Shown: positions 9,504 to 19,466 of the stretch, one piece after another
How positions within the stretch are numbered: the stretch's first letter is position 1
How the letters are laid out: each line of letters begins with the position of its first letter
From: Myxococcota bacterium
Lineage (GTDB): Bacteria; Myxococcota_A; UBA9160; UBA4427
Reading direction: 5' to 3'
Assembly (NCBI GenBank): GCA_965250285.1
Contig: OZ252299.1
Coordinates: 4,576,001 to 4,640,000, forward strand
DNA: 64,000 bases
Position numbers and translations under genes: made by a program
The notes under the pieces: generated by a model
Database searches by the model: none
The model's input: only the letters and a program-made list of their open reading frames with translations
Told to the model about the DNA's origin: nothing

Positions 9504-11183
9504 ATGCCTCATGACATCGTGATCCGAAACGGCGAGCTGGTCGACGGAACCGGCAGCGAACCCACCCGCGGCGACCTGGCCATCGAAGGCGGCGTCATCA
9601 CCGAGATGGGCGAGGTGAGTGGGCGCGGCGCTCAAGAGATCGACGCCGAGGGACACGTCGTCACACCCGGCTTCGTCGACATCCATACCCACCTCGACGC
9701 CCAGATCGGCTGGGATCCGGGCTGCACACCCGTCAGCTGGCACGGCGTGACCACCGTGCTGCTCGGCAACTGCGGCGTGACGTTCGCCCCGTGCAAGCCC
9801 GACGATCGCGAGCTGCTCGCGGGCATGATGGAGACGGTCGAGGACATCCCGAAGGATGCGATCCTCGGCGGCCTGCCCTGGGATTGGGAGGACTACGGTG
9901 GCTACCTCGACGCGCTCGAGCGGCTCGAGCCCGGTCTCAACGTGGCGGGTTTGATCGGTCACTGCGCGCTGCGCTTCTACGTCATGGGCGAGCGCGGCGT
10001 CGAGGAGCAGGCGACCCAGGACGAGAAGCGCGAGATGGCCGCGCTCGTCGGCGCAGCCATCGACGCGGGCGCCGTCGGCTTCTCGACCAATCGATTCCCG
10101 CCCCATGTGCTGCCCGACGGCCGCTCGATCCCCGGCACGTTCGCCGACCCGTCCGAGCTGATGGAGATCGCGAAGGAGGTCGGCGCCCGCGACGCGCTGA
10201 TGCAGAACGTGCTCGATTGGGGGGGCGACCCGGGCACGTTCGAGATGGTGCGCGAGATGGCGCGCACGTCGGGCGGTCGGGTGCTGTTCAGCTTTGGCGT
10301 CGGCGAATCGCCCGACGGGGCCGGCGCGGTGAGCGTGATGGATCAGATCGTCGACGGCGGCCTCGACATCAGCGCCGTCACCCAGCCGCGCGGCTCGGGC
10401 TGGGTGATGGGTCTGCAGGGCCTGCTGCCCGTGGGTGGGAGCGTGTGGCGGGAGTTCAGGCAGAAGGGCTTCGACGATCGGCTCGCGGCCATCAGCGACC
10501 CCGACTACCGACATCGCCTCATCGAGGCGGCGAAGACCGAGAAGCGGGTGATCGACGCCACCGCCTTCTACTACATGGGCGACGGCGAGTCGCCGCAGTA
10601 TGCGGGCCTGTCGGAGCGCGACAGCCTCGCGGCGCTGGCCGAGCAGGTGGGGGAGCACTGGAGCGAGACGTTCCTGCGCCTCTCGCTCGAAACCCGGGGC
10701 AAGGCGCTCTTCACCTACCGCATGTTCAACGTGCACATGGATGCGCTCGAGCGCCTGCTGCAGCGCCCCAACGTGTTCCCGATCCTCGGCGACGCCGGCG
10801 CCCACGTGTCGCAGATCATGGATGCCGGCTGGTCGAGCTTCGTGCTCTCGCACTGGGTGCGCGACAAGGGTCTCTTCACGATGGGCGACGCGATCCGGCG
10901 CATGACCTCGGCGCCGGCGCGCATCATCGGGCTGGCGGATCGAGGCACGCTGGCGCCGGGCATGCGCGCCGACGTGAACGTGATCGATCCGGCGACCGTG
11001 GCCGAGCTGCATCCCGAGATCGTGCACGACTTCCCGGGTGAAGCGCCGCGCTACATCCAGCGATCGAAGGGGTACAAGGCAACACTGGTCAATGGTCGCG
11101 TCAACGTGCGCGACGGCGAGCTCACCGGCGAGCGCGCTGGCGGGGTCCTTCGCCACCAGTCGAGGTCGCCGCGCTCGGCCTGA
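9504..11183 (+). CDS. N-acyl-D-amino-acid deacylase family amidohydrolase
   Basis: PGFVDIHTHLD, HGVTTVLLGNCG, DAGAH, RGTLAPGMRADV motifs. Confidence 0.9.
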   Translation: MPHDIVIRNGELVDGTGSEPTRGDLAIEGGVITEMGEVSGRGAQEIDAEGHVVTPGFVDIHTHLDAQIGWDPGCTPVSWHGVTTVLLGNCGVTFAPCKPDDRELLAGMMETVEDIPKDAILGGLPWDWEDYGGYLDALERLEPGLNVAGLIGHCALRFYVMGERGVEEQATQDEKREMAALVGAAIDAGAVGFSTNRFPPHVLPDGRSIPGTFADPSELMEIAKEVGARDALMQNVLDWGGDPGTFEMVREMARTSGGRVLFSFGVGESPDGAGAVSVMDQIVDGGLDISAVTQPRGSGWVMGLQGLLPVGGSVWREFRQKGFDDRLAAISDPDYRHRLIEAAKTEKRVIDATAFYYMGDGESPQYAGLSERDSLAALAEQVGEHWSETFLRLSLETRGKALFTYRMFNVHMDALERLLQRPNVFPILGDAGAHVSQIMDAGWSSFVLSHWVRDKGLFTMGDAIRRMTSAPARIIGLADRGTLAPGMRADVNVIDPATVAELHPEIVHDFPGEAPRYIQRSKGYKATLVNGRVNVRDGELTGERAGGVLRHQSRSPRSA

Positions 11184-11267
11184 CTCGAGGTCGTCGCCCG
11201 CTCCTCTTTTTGATTGCGCGAGGACGTGCCAGGGGGCACGCTCCCGTCGACTCAGGAGGAGCGCCCC

Positions 11268-12419
11268 ATGGCCCCGCATCACCCCATTCGCCTCGCCGCC
11301 TCGGTCGCCTGCGGGCTGCTCATCTTGGCCGGTGCCGGCTGCCGAGAGGCCGAGCCGCCGGCCGAGCTGCCGCCGCGGGCGATTCGTTGGACGGAGGTCA
11401 CGAGCGACCTTCCCGCCGAGCAGCGCACGATCTCGGGCATCGTCATGGCCGTCGACGAGACGGCGCTCGCCTTCGAAGTGGGCGGCACGGTGCTCGACGT
11501 CGAGGTGAACCTCGGCGACCACGTCGAGCGCGACCAGGTGCTCGCGCGGCTCGACCCCGAGCCCTTCGAGCTGACCGTGCGTGACGCCGAGGCCGAGCTG
11601 ACCGCATCGGTCGCCCGCAACGAGGCCGCGCAGGCCAACTACGAGCGCACCCAGGCGCTGTTCAACGAGAACGTGGCGAGCGAGCAAGAGCTCGACCGCG
11701 ACATCGCTCAGCGCGACTCGACCTCGAGCCGCGTCGATGCCGCTCGTGCGCGGCTGAATCTCGCTCGCCGCGACTTGCGCCGTTCGGTGCTGCGGGCCCC
11801 CTTCGACGGCGCCATCTCGGTGCGCAACGTCGACCCGGCGATGAAGCTCGCAAGCGGTGAAGTCGCCTTCGAGATGGACAGCGAAGAGAGCGGCCTGCGG
11901 GTCGAGGTGCAGATGCCCGAGACGCTGATCGCGCGGATCGAGCGCGGCATGGTGGCCGAGGCGTCGTTCCCCTCCGTCGGCGCGGTGAACGATCAGGCCG
12001 CAGCGCCGGTCGAGGCGAAGGTCACTGAGGTCGGTACGCGCGCCGGCACCGGCAACGCCTTTCCCGTCCGGGCCGATCTGGTCGAGACACCTCCGGGGAT
12101 TCGCTCGGGGATGACCGCCGAGGTCACCTTCTCGCTGCCCCGGGTCGACGCCGATGAGCTCGGCTTCGACGGGTTCCTGGTGCCCTTTGCGGCGATCCGC
12201 ATCGAGGAGGACGGTGGTTTCTCGACGTTCGTCTTCGACGAGGCCAGCTCGACGGTGAGCATCACGCCGGTCGTGACCGGCGGGGTCCGCGACAACGAGA
12301 TCGCCGTGCTCTCGGGGCTGAGCGAAGGCGACGTGATCGCAACCGCGGGCGTGTCCTTCTTGCGGGACGGTCAAACCGTCACGCTCCTCGAACAGCTCTG
12401 GGGTACGGGCGAACGATGA
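11268..12419 (+). CDS. RND efflux membrane-fusion (periplasmic adaptor) lipoprotein
   Basis: Lipobox GAGC, LAFEVGG, LRAPFDG, GMTAEV; AGGAG RBS. Confidence 0.9.
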   Translation: MAPHHPIRLAASVACGLLILAGAGCREAEPPAELPPRAIRWTEVTSDLPAEQRTISGIVMAVDETALAFEVGGTVLDVEVNLGDHVERDQVLARLDPEPFELTVRDAEAELTASVARNEAAQANYERTQALFNENVASEQELDRDIAQRDSTSSRVDAARARLNLARRDLRRSVLRAPFDGAISVRNVDPAMKLASGEVAFEMDSEESGLRVEVQMPETLIARIERGMVAEASFPSVGAVNDQAAAPVEAKVTEVGTRAGTGNAFPVRADLVETPPGIRSGMTAEVTFSLPRVDADELGFDGFLVPFAAIRIEEDGGFSTFVFDEASSTVSITPVVTGGVRDNEIAVLSGLSEGDVIATAGVSFLRDGQTVTLLEQLWGTGER

Positions 12420-15400
12420 ATCTCACCGGGTTCGCGCTTCGAAACCAACCGCTCGTCGCCACGATCGTCGTCGCGCTCGTGATCTTCGCAGGCATGGCCC
12501 TGCAGAACTTTCCGAGCCAAGAGGATCCGCCGATCACCGTGCGCGAGGCGGTGGTCACGACGTTCGTGCCCGGCATGGAGGCCGAAGACATCGAGCTGCT
12601 GGTGACGAGGCAGCTCGAGAAGGCGCTCGCCCGCATCCCCGAGCGCGACTACATCTACTCGTGGTCGCGTGACGGCATCTCGATCATCAACATCAAGGTG
12701 CTCGACTCGTACGTTCAGGACGACCTCGACATCATCTGGAAGGACGTCCGCAACAAGGTCAACGACGCCCGCGGAGATCTGCCCGACAACGCGATCGGCC
12801 CCTTCGTCAACGACGACTTCGGCGACGTGACGGTGGTGAGCGCCGCGCTCACGGCCGAGGGCTTCTCGATGGCCGAGCTCAACGAGGTCGGCAAGCGGCT
12901 GGTCGATGCGCTCTACCTGGTCGACGGCGTCAAGCGGGTCGATCTCTATGGGGTCCAGTCGGAGACGTTCTGGGTCGAGTTCTCGACGTCGCGGATCGCC
13001 CAGCTGGGCTTCTCGGTCTCACAGATCGGCCAGGCACTGGTGAACGAGAACGTCGTGCTGCCCGGTGGCACGATCGACACGGGCCAGCGCGAGATCATCG
13101 TCGTTCCGCGCGCCGATCTGCAGAGCGTCGAAGACATCGAGAGCGTGGCGATCGAGATCCCGGGCTCGGGGCAGATCATCCGGCTGCGCGACATCGCGAG
13201 CGTGCACCGCGACTACGTCGACCCGCCCGAGGCGCCCTTCTACTTCGACGGTGAGGAGGCGGTGCTGATCGGCGTCTCGATGGCCGATGGTCAGAACGTG
13301 CTCGACGTCGGCCCCCGCATCGTCGAGCGTCTCGAAGAGCTCGAGCAGCTGCTGCCCATCGGGTTTCAGATTCGCGTCGGCAACTACCAGCCGACCCACG
13401 TCGAGCGGGCCGTCGAAGGTGTGCGCTCGAACCTGATGCAGACGATCGCGATCGTGCTCGTCGTGATCATCGCGTTCCTGGGCCTGCGCACCGGCGCCAT
13501 CGTGGGGCTGCACGTGCCGCTCACGATGATCGTCACCATCGTCGTGATGTATCTGCTGGGCATCGCGATGCACCGCATCTCGCTCGCGACGCTCATCATC
13601 TCGCTCGGCCTGCTCGTCGACAACGGCATCGTGGTGGCGGAGGAGATCGGCAAGCGGCTCTTCGAGGGCGAGGATCACGAATCGGCGGCGATCAACACCG
13701 GCAAGACCCTGTCGATGCCGCTGCTCACGTCTTCGATCACCACCGTCTTGATGTTCGTCCCGCTCGCCCTCGCACCCCACGCGGCCGGCGAGTACCTGCG
13801 GTCGATGTCGACCGTGATCCTGATCTCGCTCGGCGTGTCGTGGCTACTCGCGATGACCGTCACGCCGATCTTGTGCAGCCGCTTCTTGAAGCGGACCGAA
13901 GTCAGCCAGGAGGAGATCGACGCGCAGTACGACAAGCCCACGTACGTCGCCTACCGCAAGCTGCTCGTGGGCGTACTCGGCCAGCGCACGCTCTTTCTCG
14001 GCTCGATGGTGGGCGTGCTCGCCCTCGGCGTCTTCCTGTTCGGGCTGATCCCCGTCCAGTTCATGCCCGAGTCCGATCGCCCTCAGGTGCTGATCGACGT
14101 CAAGCTGCCGGCGGGCTACGGCATTCGCGAGACCGAGCGCCAGCTGACCGAGCTGTCGACCTGGCTCGACGACCCGAGCGACAACCCCGAGGTGCAGCAG
14201 GTGTTGACGTACGTCGGCAACGGCGGCGTGCGCTTCTTCGTCACCCTGAGCCCCGACCCGGCCGCACCGAACATGGGCTTCATCCTGGTGACGGTCGACT
14301 CGCTCGACGCGGTCGAGCCGCTGATGGCGCGCATTCGCAAGCACGCGCTCGAGACGTATCCGGCGCTCGATCTCATCGTGAAGCGCATGTTCATGGGGTC
14401 GGTCGAGACCGGACTCGTCGAGGCCCGCATCTCGGCGCTCGGCCTGCCGGGCCAACGCGACACGCTCTTCGAGGCGAGCCGTGAGGTCGCCGATGCGTTC
14501 GCCGATACGCCCCATACGCTCAACATCTACAACGACTGGGAGGACCGGATCGTCAAGGCCAATGTGCATGTCGATCAGGCCCGCGCCCAGCGGGCCCGGG
14601 TGACCAACGAAGAGATCGCAAACTCGCTCGAGGCGATCCTCACGGGCGGCACGGCGACGTCTCTGCGGGAGCGCGACGAGAACATCCCGATCACGGCCCG
14701 AGCCCTGCCCGCCGAGCGCCTGAGTTCCGACCGGCTGTTCACGGCCACGGTCTTCTCGAACGAGACGGGGTCGGCGGTTCCGCTCACCCAGATCGCGACG
14801 ATCGAACCCCAGAACAGCTTCTCGGTGATCAAGCGCCGCGACTACGCGCCGACGGTCACCGTACAGGCCAAGAGCCTCACGCAGACGGCGACCGAGCTCG
14901 AGGCGACGGTGGCGCCGAAGATCGACGAGATCGTCGACGAGCTCGGCCCCGGCTTCAGCTGGGAGTGGGGCGGTGAGAGCGAGTCGTCGACCGATGCGCA
15001 GCAGGCGCTCTTCGCCTTCGTGCCTCTGTGCCTGCTCGGCGTGTTGGTGTGTCTGGTCGGTCAGTTCAACTCGTTCCGCAAGCCGATCGTCGTGCTGCTC
15101 ACGATCCCCGTGGCGTTTACGGGCGTGGCCATCGGTCTGCTCGTCGGTGGCAGCTTTTACAGCTTCATGGCGCTGCTCGGCATGCTGAGCCTCGTTGGGA
15201 TCGTGGTGAACAACGCCATCGTCATGCTCGAGCAGATTGACATCGAGTACCGCGCCGGCGCCGAGCACTACGATGCGATCATCAAGGCGTGCCTCGGCCG
15301 CATGCGGCCGATTCTGATGACGACGCTCACGACGATCCTCGGCATGCTGCCGCTGATCATCTCGCGCGATCCGCTCTTCTACGACATGGCGATCACGATC

Positions 15401-15493
15401 GCGTTCGGTCTCGCCTTCGCGACCGTGATGACCCTCGGCCTCGCGCCTGTGCTCTACGCGACGATCATGCGCGTGCCTTCGCCGCGCGACTGA
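12416..15493 (+). CDS. RND efflux transporter permease subunit
   Basis: 1025 aa, two TM blocks, LGLLVDNGIVV, GIVVNNAIV, RMRPILMTT motifs. Confidence 0.95.
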   Translation: MNLTGFALRNQPLVATIVVALVIFAGMALQNFPSQEDPPITVREAVVTTFVPGMEAEDIELLVTRQLEKALARIPERDYIYSWSRDGISIINIKVLDSYVQDDLDIIWKDVRNKVNDARGDLPDNAIGPFVNDDFGDVTVVSAALTAEGFSMAELNEVGKRLVDALYLVDGVKRVDLYGVQSETFWVEFSTSRIAQLGFSVSQIGQALVNENVVLPGGTIDTGQREIIVVPRADLQSVEDIESVAIEIPGSGQIIRLRDIASVHRDYVDPPEAPFYFDGEEAVLIGVSMADGQNVLDVGPRIVERLEELEQLLPIGFQIRVGNYQPTHVERAVEGVRSNLMQTIAIVLVVIIAFLGLRTGAIVGLHVPLTMIVTIVVMYLLGIAMHRISLATLIISLGLLVDNGIVVAEEIGKRLFEGEDHESAAINTGKTLSMPLLTSSITTVLMFVPLALAPHAAGEYLRSMSTVILISLGVSWLLAMTVTPILCSRFLKRTEVSQEEIDAQYDKPTYVAYRKLLVGVLGQRTLFLGSMVGVLALGVFLFGLIPVQFMPESDRPQVLIDVKLPAGYGIRETERQLTELSTWLDDPSDNPEVQQVLTYVGNGGVRFFVTLSPDPAAPNMGFILVTVDSLDAVEPLMARIRKHALETYPALDLIVKRMFMGSVETGLVEARISALGLPGQRDTLFEASREVADAFADTPHTLNIYNDWEDRIVKANVHVDQARAQRARVTNEEIANSLEAILTGGTATSLRERDENIPITARALPAERLSSDRLFTATVFSNETGSAVPLTQIATIEPQNSFSVIKRRDYAPTVTVQAKSLTQTATELEATVAPKIDEIVDELGPGFSWEWGGESESSTDAQQALFAFVPLCLLGVLVCLVGQFNSFRKPIVVLLTIPVAFTGVAIGLLVGGSFYSFMALLGMLSLVGIVVNNAIVMLEQIDIEYRAGAEHYDAIIKACLGRMRPILMTTLTTILGMLPLIISRDPLFYDMAITIAFGLAFATVMTLGLAPVLYATIMRVPSPRD

Positions 15494-15508
15494 TCGAACC
15501 GCCGCGCG

Positions 15509-16096
15509 TCAATCGTGCTTGCCGGCGCTCCAGCCACCGCCGGCGAGCACCTTCTCGCCGAAGCTGCGCGGCGACGACTCGAGGGTCGTCGCCATCGTGT
15601 CGTTCCACCGGTTGAGGAAGCCGAAGAGCGCGATCACCGAGACGATCTCGACGATCTCGTCGTCGTCGAAGTGCTGCCTGAGTGCGGCGAAGTGCTCGTC
15701 CTCGACCGCGTTGGGGACGAGACCGGCAAACTGGGCCACGCGGAGCGCCGCGCGCTCCTTGTCGGTGAAGAGCGGGCTCGTCTCGTACTCGAACGCAGCC
15801 TCGATCTTCGCCTCGTCGACCCCGTTGCGATGCGCGGTATGGCTCGTATGCGCCTGACAGTACTGGCAGCCCGCCGCGCGGCTCGTGACGTAGCTGATGA
15901 GCGACTTGAGACCCGGCTCGAGCCGCCCCCCCGCGAGCACCGTCCCGGAGAGACCGGCGAAGGCCTGGAGCAGCGCCGGGCTGCGCCCCATGGTGAGCAT
16001 GCTCTCGGGCACGAAGCCCATGCCCTGCTCGACCATCTCGAAGAAGGGCTCGAAGTCGGAGAGGGTGTCGCGAGAGAGGGCGGGGACGCGCGGCAT
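15509..16096 (-). CDS. AhpD/carboxymuconolactone-decarboxylase family peroxidase-like protein
   Basis: GCQYCQAH motif, FGFLNRWNDT. Confidence 0.85.
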   Translation of the reverse strand: MPRVPALSRDTLSDFEPFFEMVEQGMGFVPESMLTMGRSPALLQAFAGLSGTVLAGGRLEPGLKSLISYVTSRAAGCQYCQAHTSHTAHRNGVDEAKIEAAFEYETSPLFTDKERAALRVAQFAGLVPNAVEDEHFAALRQHFDDDEIVEIVSVIALFGFLNRWNDTMATTLESSPRSFGEKVLAGGGWSAGKHD

Positions 16097-16127
16097 GGCA
16101 GGGGCTCCTGGCGGGTGGACCCCGAGC

Positions 16128-17528
16128 CTAGAGCTTCTGCGCGCCGATCTCCCGCGCGCGGCCGTAGCGCTCGAGGGCGAGCTTGCGTCGCTCGGCGTGG
16201 TCGACGATCGGCGCCGCGTAGTCGGCGAGCAGCGGCGCCTTCCACGGTGTGTGGACGAGCTCATCGGGGAGCGGCGCGAGCTCGGGCACCCAGCGCTTCA
16301 CGTACGCGCCGTCGGGGTCGAAGCGCTGCCCTTGGCTCGTCGGATTGAAGATGCGGAAGTAGGGCTGCGCATCGGTGCCGGTCGAAGCGGCCCACTGCCA
16401 GCCGCCGTTGTTCTGCGCCGGGTCGCCATCGACCAGGCGATCGAAGAAGTATCGCTCGCCCTGGCGCCAGTCGATCAGCAGATCCTTCACGAGAAAGCTC
16501 GCAACGATCATGCGCACGCGGTTGTGCATCCATCCCGTCTCGCGAAGCTGACGCATGCCGGCGTCGACGATCGGATAGCCCGTCCGCCCCTCGCACCAGG
16601 CCTCGAAGCCGGCGGGGTCATCGTTCCACTCGAGAAAGTCGTATTCCTTTCGGTGGTTCTCCCGCAGCACGCGGGGATGAGTCTCGAGCACCGAAGCCAG
16701 AAACTCGCGCCAGATGAGCTCGTCGAGCCACTTGCCGATGCCCTCGCGGGCGCGCGCATCGGCGGCGGCCGCCTCGGCGCCGCGATCGAAGCACGTTCGG
16801 ATCGAGATCACGCCGAAGCGCAGATACGGCGAGATGCGCGATGTGCCATCGAGATCGGGGCGGTCGCGCCCGACGTGGTATTGACCGGCCGGTCCATCGA
16901 GAAACGCGTCGAGGCGGCGACGCGCCGCCGCTTCGCCCCCGGTCGGCAGCTTCGTCGCCTCGTCGGCGTCGGGTGCGACCGGAATCGGGTCGGCCTTGAA
17001 GCCGGGGATCGGGGGGGCCGTCCGCGGCATTCGAATCGGGCGGCGCGGGTCTTCTCGCCAGCACGCCCACCAACGGTTTCGATACGGGGTGTAGACCGCG
17101 AAGGGGCCGCCCGCCTGGGTGCGCACTTCGTCGGCGGTGTACACGACGTGGTCGACGCACGAGACGATGGCGTGCCCCGCCTGCTCGACGGCCCGCCGCA
17201 CGTCGTTGTCGCGCGCGGTGGCGAACGGCGTGGTGTCTTCATTGAACGACAGGATCTGCGCGCCGGTTTCGTGCATGAGCCGCGGCAAGACGTCGTCGGG
17301 GCGACCGGCTCGAACGAGCAGCGGGACACCCTTGCGTTCGAGATCGGCCGAGAGCCGACCGAGGCAGTCGAAGAGGAAGCGGCGCCGCGGGCCGCCGGCT
17401 TCGTTCGTGAGACGCGGATCGAGTACGAAGACCGGCAGCCACTCGTCACAGCGTTCGAGCAGGGCCGCGAGGGCCGTGTTGTCTTGCAGGCGAAGGTCGT
17501 TGCGAAACCAGTGCAGACCTCGGGTCAT
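16128..17528 (-). CDS. phr: Class I CPD deoxyribodipyrimidine photolyase
   Basis: WFRNDLRLQDN, TSRISPYLRFG, GWMHNRVRM, NNGGWQW, QPYFRIFNP motifs. Confidence 0.95.
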   Translation of the reverse strand: MTRGLHWFRNDLRLQDNTALAALLERCDEWLPVFVLDPRLTNEAGGPRRRFLFDCLGRLSADLERKGVPLLVRAGRPDDVLPRLMHETGAQILSFNEDTTPFATARDNDVRRAVEQAGHAIVSCVDHVVYTADEVRTQAGGPFAVYTPYRNRWWACWREDPRRPIRMPRTAPPIPGFKADPIPVAPDADEATKLPTGGEAAARRRLDAFLDGPAGQYHVGRDRPDLDGTSRISPYLRFGVISIRTCFDRGAEAAAADARAREGIGKWLDELIWREFLASVLETHPRVLRENHRKEYDFLEWNDDPAGFEAWCEGRTGYPIVDAGMRQLRETGWMHNRVRMIVASFLVKDLLIDWRQGERYFFDRLVDGDPAQNNGGWQWAASTGTDAQPYFRIFNPTSQGQRFDPDGAYVKRWVPELAPLPDELVHTPWKAPLLADYAAPIVDHAERRKLALERYGRAREIGAQKL

Positions 17529-17700
17529 GGATCGGCTCGCATTCGGGCGGGGAGGAACGGTGGGCGACCGCGTGCGTCGGAGAAGTGGTGGAGCCTCCGC
17601 TGGCTCTCAACAGCGGGTGGGCGGCTCCAAACTACGCACGCGGTCGCCGTTGCTCGCAAGGTGGGAAGGGGACCAGGGGCCACCTCACGAGCCAGATCGG

Positions 17701-17862
17701 CTAGTACGTCGGGCGAATGCCCGGCTCGGCTCCTTCGGTTCGGGCCTTGGCCTTCGCCTCGCGCATCGATTCGTCCCAGCGCTCGCGGAGGTAGACCCAG
17801 ACGCCTGCGATCGCGATGAGACTCACCGCGGTCCCGAACGTCAAGAACTGCACGTCATTCAT
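17701..17862 (-). CDS. Small single-TM membrane protein (53 aa; absent from the ORF track)
   Basis: Translated by hand: MNDVQFLTFGTAVSLIAIAGVWVYLRERWDESMREAKAKARTEGAEPGIRPTY*; its start overlaps the 3' end of the upstream ORF. Confidence 0.65.
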   Translation of the reverse strand: MNDVQFLTFGTAVSLIAIAGVWVYLRERWDESMREAKAKARTEGAEPGIRPTY

Positions 17863-18091
17863 GACCGTTCCTCGAGTGAAGCAGCGTGCCGGCTGCGAGG
17901 ATCGAAGGCACCCAGAGACCTACGAAGAGACCCTGCTCGCGGTCACCACTGATGAAGAGGTGGATCGACATCGCGAACGAGAGGAGCGCGGCCAGAAAGA
18001 AGAGGGCCTTGGGCATCCCGATGCCGGGCACGACTTCGGGGGCCGGGGCACGTTCGCGCTCGGCGCGCACGTCGGTCACTTCGATTCTCAT
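17855..18091 (-). CDS. Small two-TM membrane protein
   Basis: Hydrophobic hairpin with GLFVGLWVPSIL; ATGA overlap with the SRPBCC gene. Confidence 0.7.
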   Translation of the reverse strand: MRIEVTDVRAERERAPAPEVVPGIGMPKALFFLAALLSFAMSIHLFISGDREQGLFVGLWVPSILAAGTLLHSRNGHE

Positions 18092-18699
18092 GACAGCGCC
18101 TCCCGTGCGACGGGCTCGCCGTTGCGCTTTCGATCAGACTTCGGCTGGCTCTTCGCTGCGGCCGCGCTCTGACCGCCCCGCGAGGCCGCGGTGCGCTTGC
18201 TCTGCACGGTCGCCTTCGGGCGCGCCTTGGCCTTGCGCGGTCGCTGCGAGGCTCGGTCGCGCAGGGCCAGGGTGCGCGTGTATCGCCGCAGCCCCTCGGC
18301 CGCGCGCGACGCGATGCGGGGCAGAACGAGGTCGATCAGGGGATCGGCGATGCGCCCCAGACCGGCGAGATCGCAGCGCAGCTCCCAGGTGATCCGCGTG
18401 CCGCGCCCGCGCGAAACGAGCGTGATCTCGTCGACCAGCAGCATGCGGCCGTCGCCCCCGTGGAGCACGACGCGGCTCGGCGGCTCGAAGTCGGTGATCG
18501 CGTAGCCGTAGGTCGCCGTGCGGCCGAGCAGGCTGACCTCGACGCGAAAGCGGCTGCCGGCGCGGAGCGGCGCTCGGGTCGTGGCCTTCGCCGAAACGAC
18601 GCCGGGGTCCCACTCGGAGGTGCGAGCGAAGTCGGCCACGAGCTCGAAGGCCTGCTCGATGGGCAGCGCGATGTCGATGACTTCGATGTGTCGGGCCAT
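18088..18699 (-). CDS. SRPBCC/polyketide-cyclase family protein
   Basis: FELVADF...EWDPGV START-like fold signature; AGGAGG RBS; basic C-terminal tail. Confidence 0.85.
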   Translation of the reverse strand: MARHIEVIDIALPIEQAFELVADFARTSEWDPGVVSAKATTRAPLRAGSRFRVEVSLLGRTATYGYAITDFEPPSRVVLHGGDGRMLLVDEITLVSRGRGTRITWELRCDLAGLGRIADPLIDLVLPRIASRAAEGLRRYTRTLALRDRASQRPRKAKARPKATVQSKRTAASRGGQSAAAAKSQPKSDRKRNGEPVAREALS

Positions 18700-18726
18700 G
18701 TTGCCCTCCTCTGTCGCTCGGTCTCT

Positions 18727-18755
18727 AGGATGCCGCCCAGACCTGGACGTGTCAA
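18727..18755 (-). promoter_or_regulatory. sigma70 promoter for the SRPBCC-photolyase cluster
   Basis: Minus strand TTGACA-17 bp-CATCCT, 27 bp upstream of the ATG. Confidence 0.6.
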
Positions 18756-18808
18756 GATATTTTCAGTACAAATCCTGTACGCAAGCTTATCGAAACGCAA
18801 CAGGTGCG

Positions 18809-18825
18809 ACTTGAGCAGCTCAAGT
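18809..18825. promoter_or_regulatory. Perfect 8-1-8 palindrome, candidate operator
   Basis: ACTTGAGC-A-GCTCAAGT in the divergent, AT-richer intergenic region. Confidence 0.45.
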
Positions 18826-18910
18826 GGTGTCTGAATCTGGACGAAGAGCTACGCTGTCCAGATCGATCTGAGGCCGACCTCGCAGAGCGGCCGCACCTCG
18901 AGGTGATGTC

Positions 18911-19357
18911 ATGACCCCCAAGGGCCCCTGGAAGCTCTCCGAGATCGACGCCTTTCTGGGCGACGCGCGCGTGCCCGTGCGCGTGGCCGTGAACGGCGCG
19001 AGCGGCCACCCGGTACTCGCCTCACTCTGGTTCACCCGTCGCGAGGGGCGGCTGTGGTGCGCGACGCGACGCGACGCCCACATCCATCAGCTGCTCGAGA
19101 AGGATCCGCGCTGCGGCTTCGAGGTCTCTGTCGAGGCGCCGCCCTACCGGGGCGTGCGCGGCACAGCGGTCGCCACGCTCGACCCGTCTCGGGGCGAGCT
19201 CGTGCTGCGCGAGCTGATCGACCGCTACCTGGGCGACGCGACGTCGAAGCTCGCGCGCCAGCTGCTCGCGCGCGCCGAGGACGAGGTCGCCATCGGCCTC
19301 GAGCCCCGCACGCTCGTCAGCTGGGACTTCACCGAGCGGATGCGCGGGATCGAGTAG
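18911..19357 (+). CDS. Pyridoxamine 5'-phosphate oxidase-like (split-barrel flavin-binding) protein
   Basis: GHPVLASLWF, DPRCGFEV, PYRGVRG, SWDF; GAGGTG RBS. Confidence 0.85.
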   Translation: MTPKGPWKLSEIDAFLGDARVPVRVAVNGASGHPVLASLWFTRREGRLWCATRRDAHIHQLLEKDPRCGFEVSVEAPPYRGVRGTAVATLDPSRGELVLRELIDRYLGDATSKLARQLLARAEDEVAIGLEPRTLVSWDFTERMRGIE

Positions 19358-19466
19358 CCCCGACCTACGAGGCGCCGCCCTTCCGCGCGACGCGGTCGCC
19401 GGACCAGACCGAGCGGCGTGTTCCAGCGAATCGTCGCCGTCGAAGACGGAGTGCTACCCCTCCGCT

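Noticed and set aside
9255..12374. 1039-aa minus-strand ORF
   Set aside because: Antisense shadow of the amidohydrolase and RND adaptor genes; typical of high-GC codon bias, with no motifs.
11268..15493. RND pump without an outer-membrane factor, and DN instead of DD in TM4
   Set aside because: Both are common in RND subfamilies; the OMF is often encoded elsewhere.
18809..18825. FNR/CRP site
   Set aside because: Spacing is TTGA-N5-TCAA, not the TTGAT-N4-ATCAA of FNR; kept only as an unassigned palindrome.
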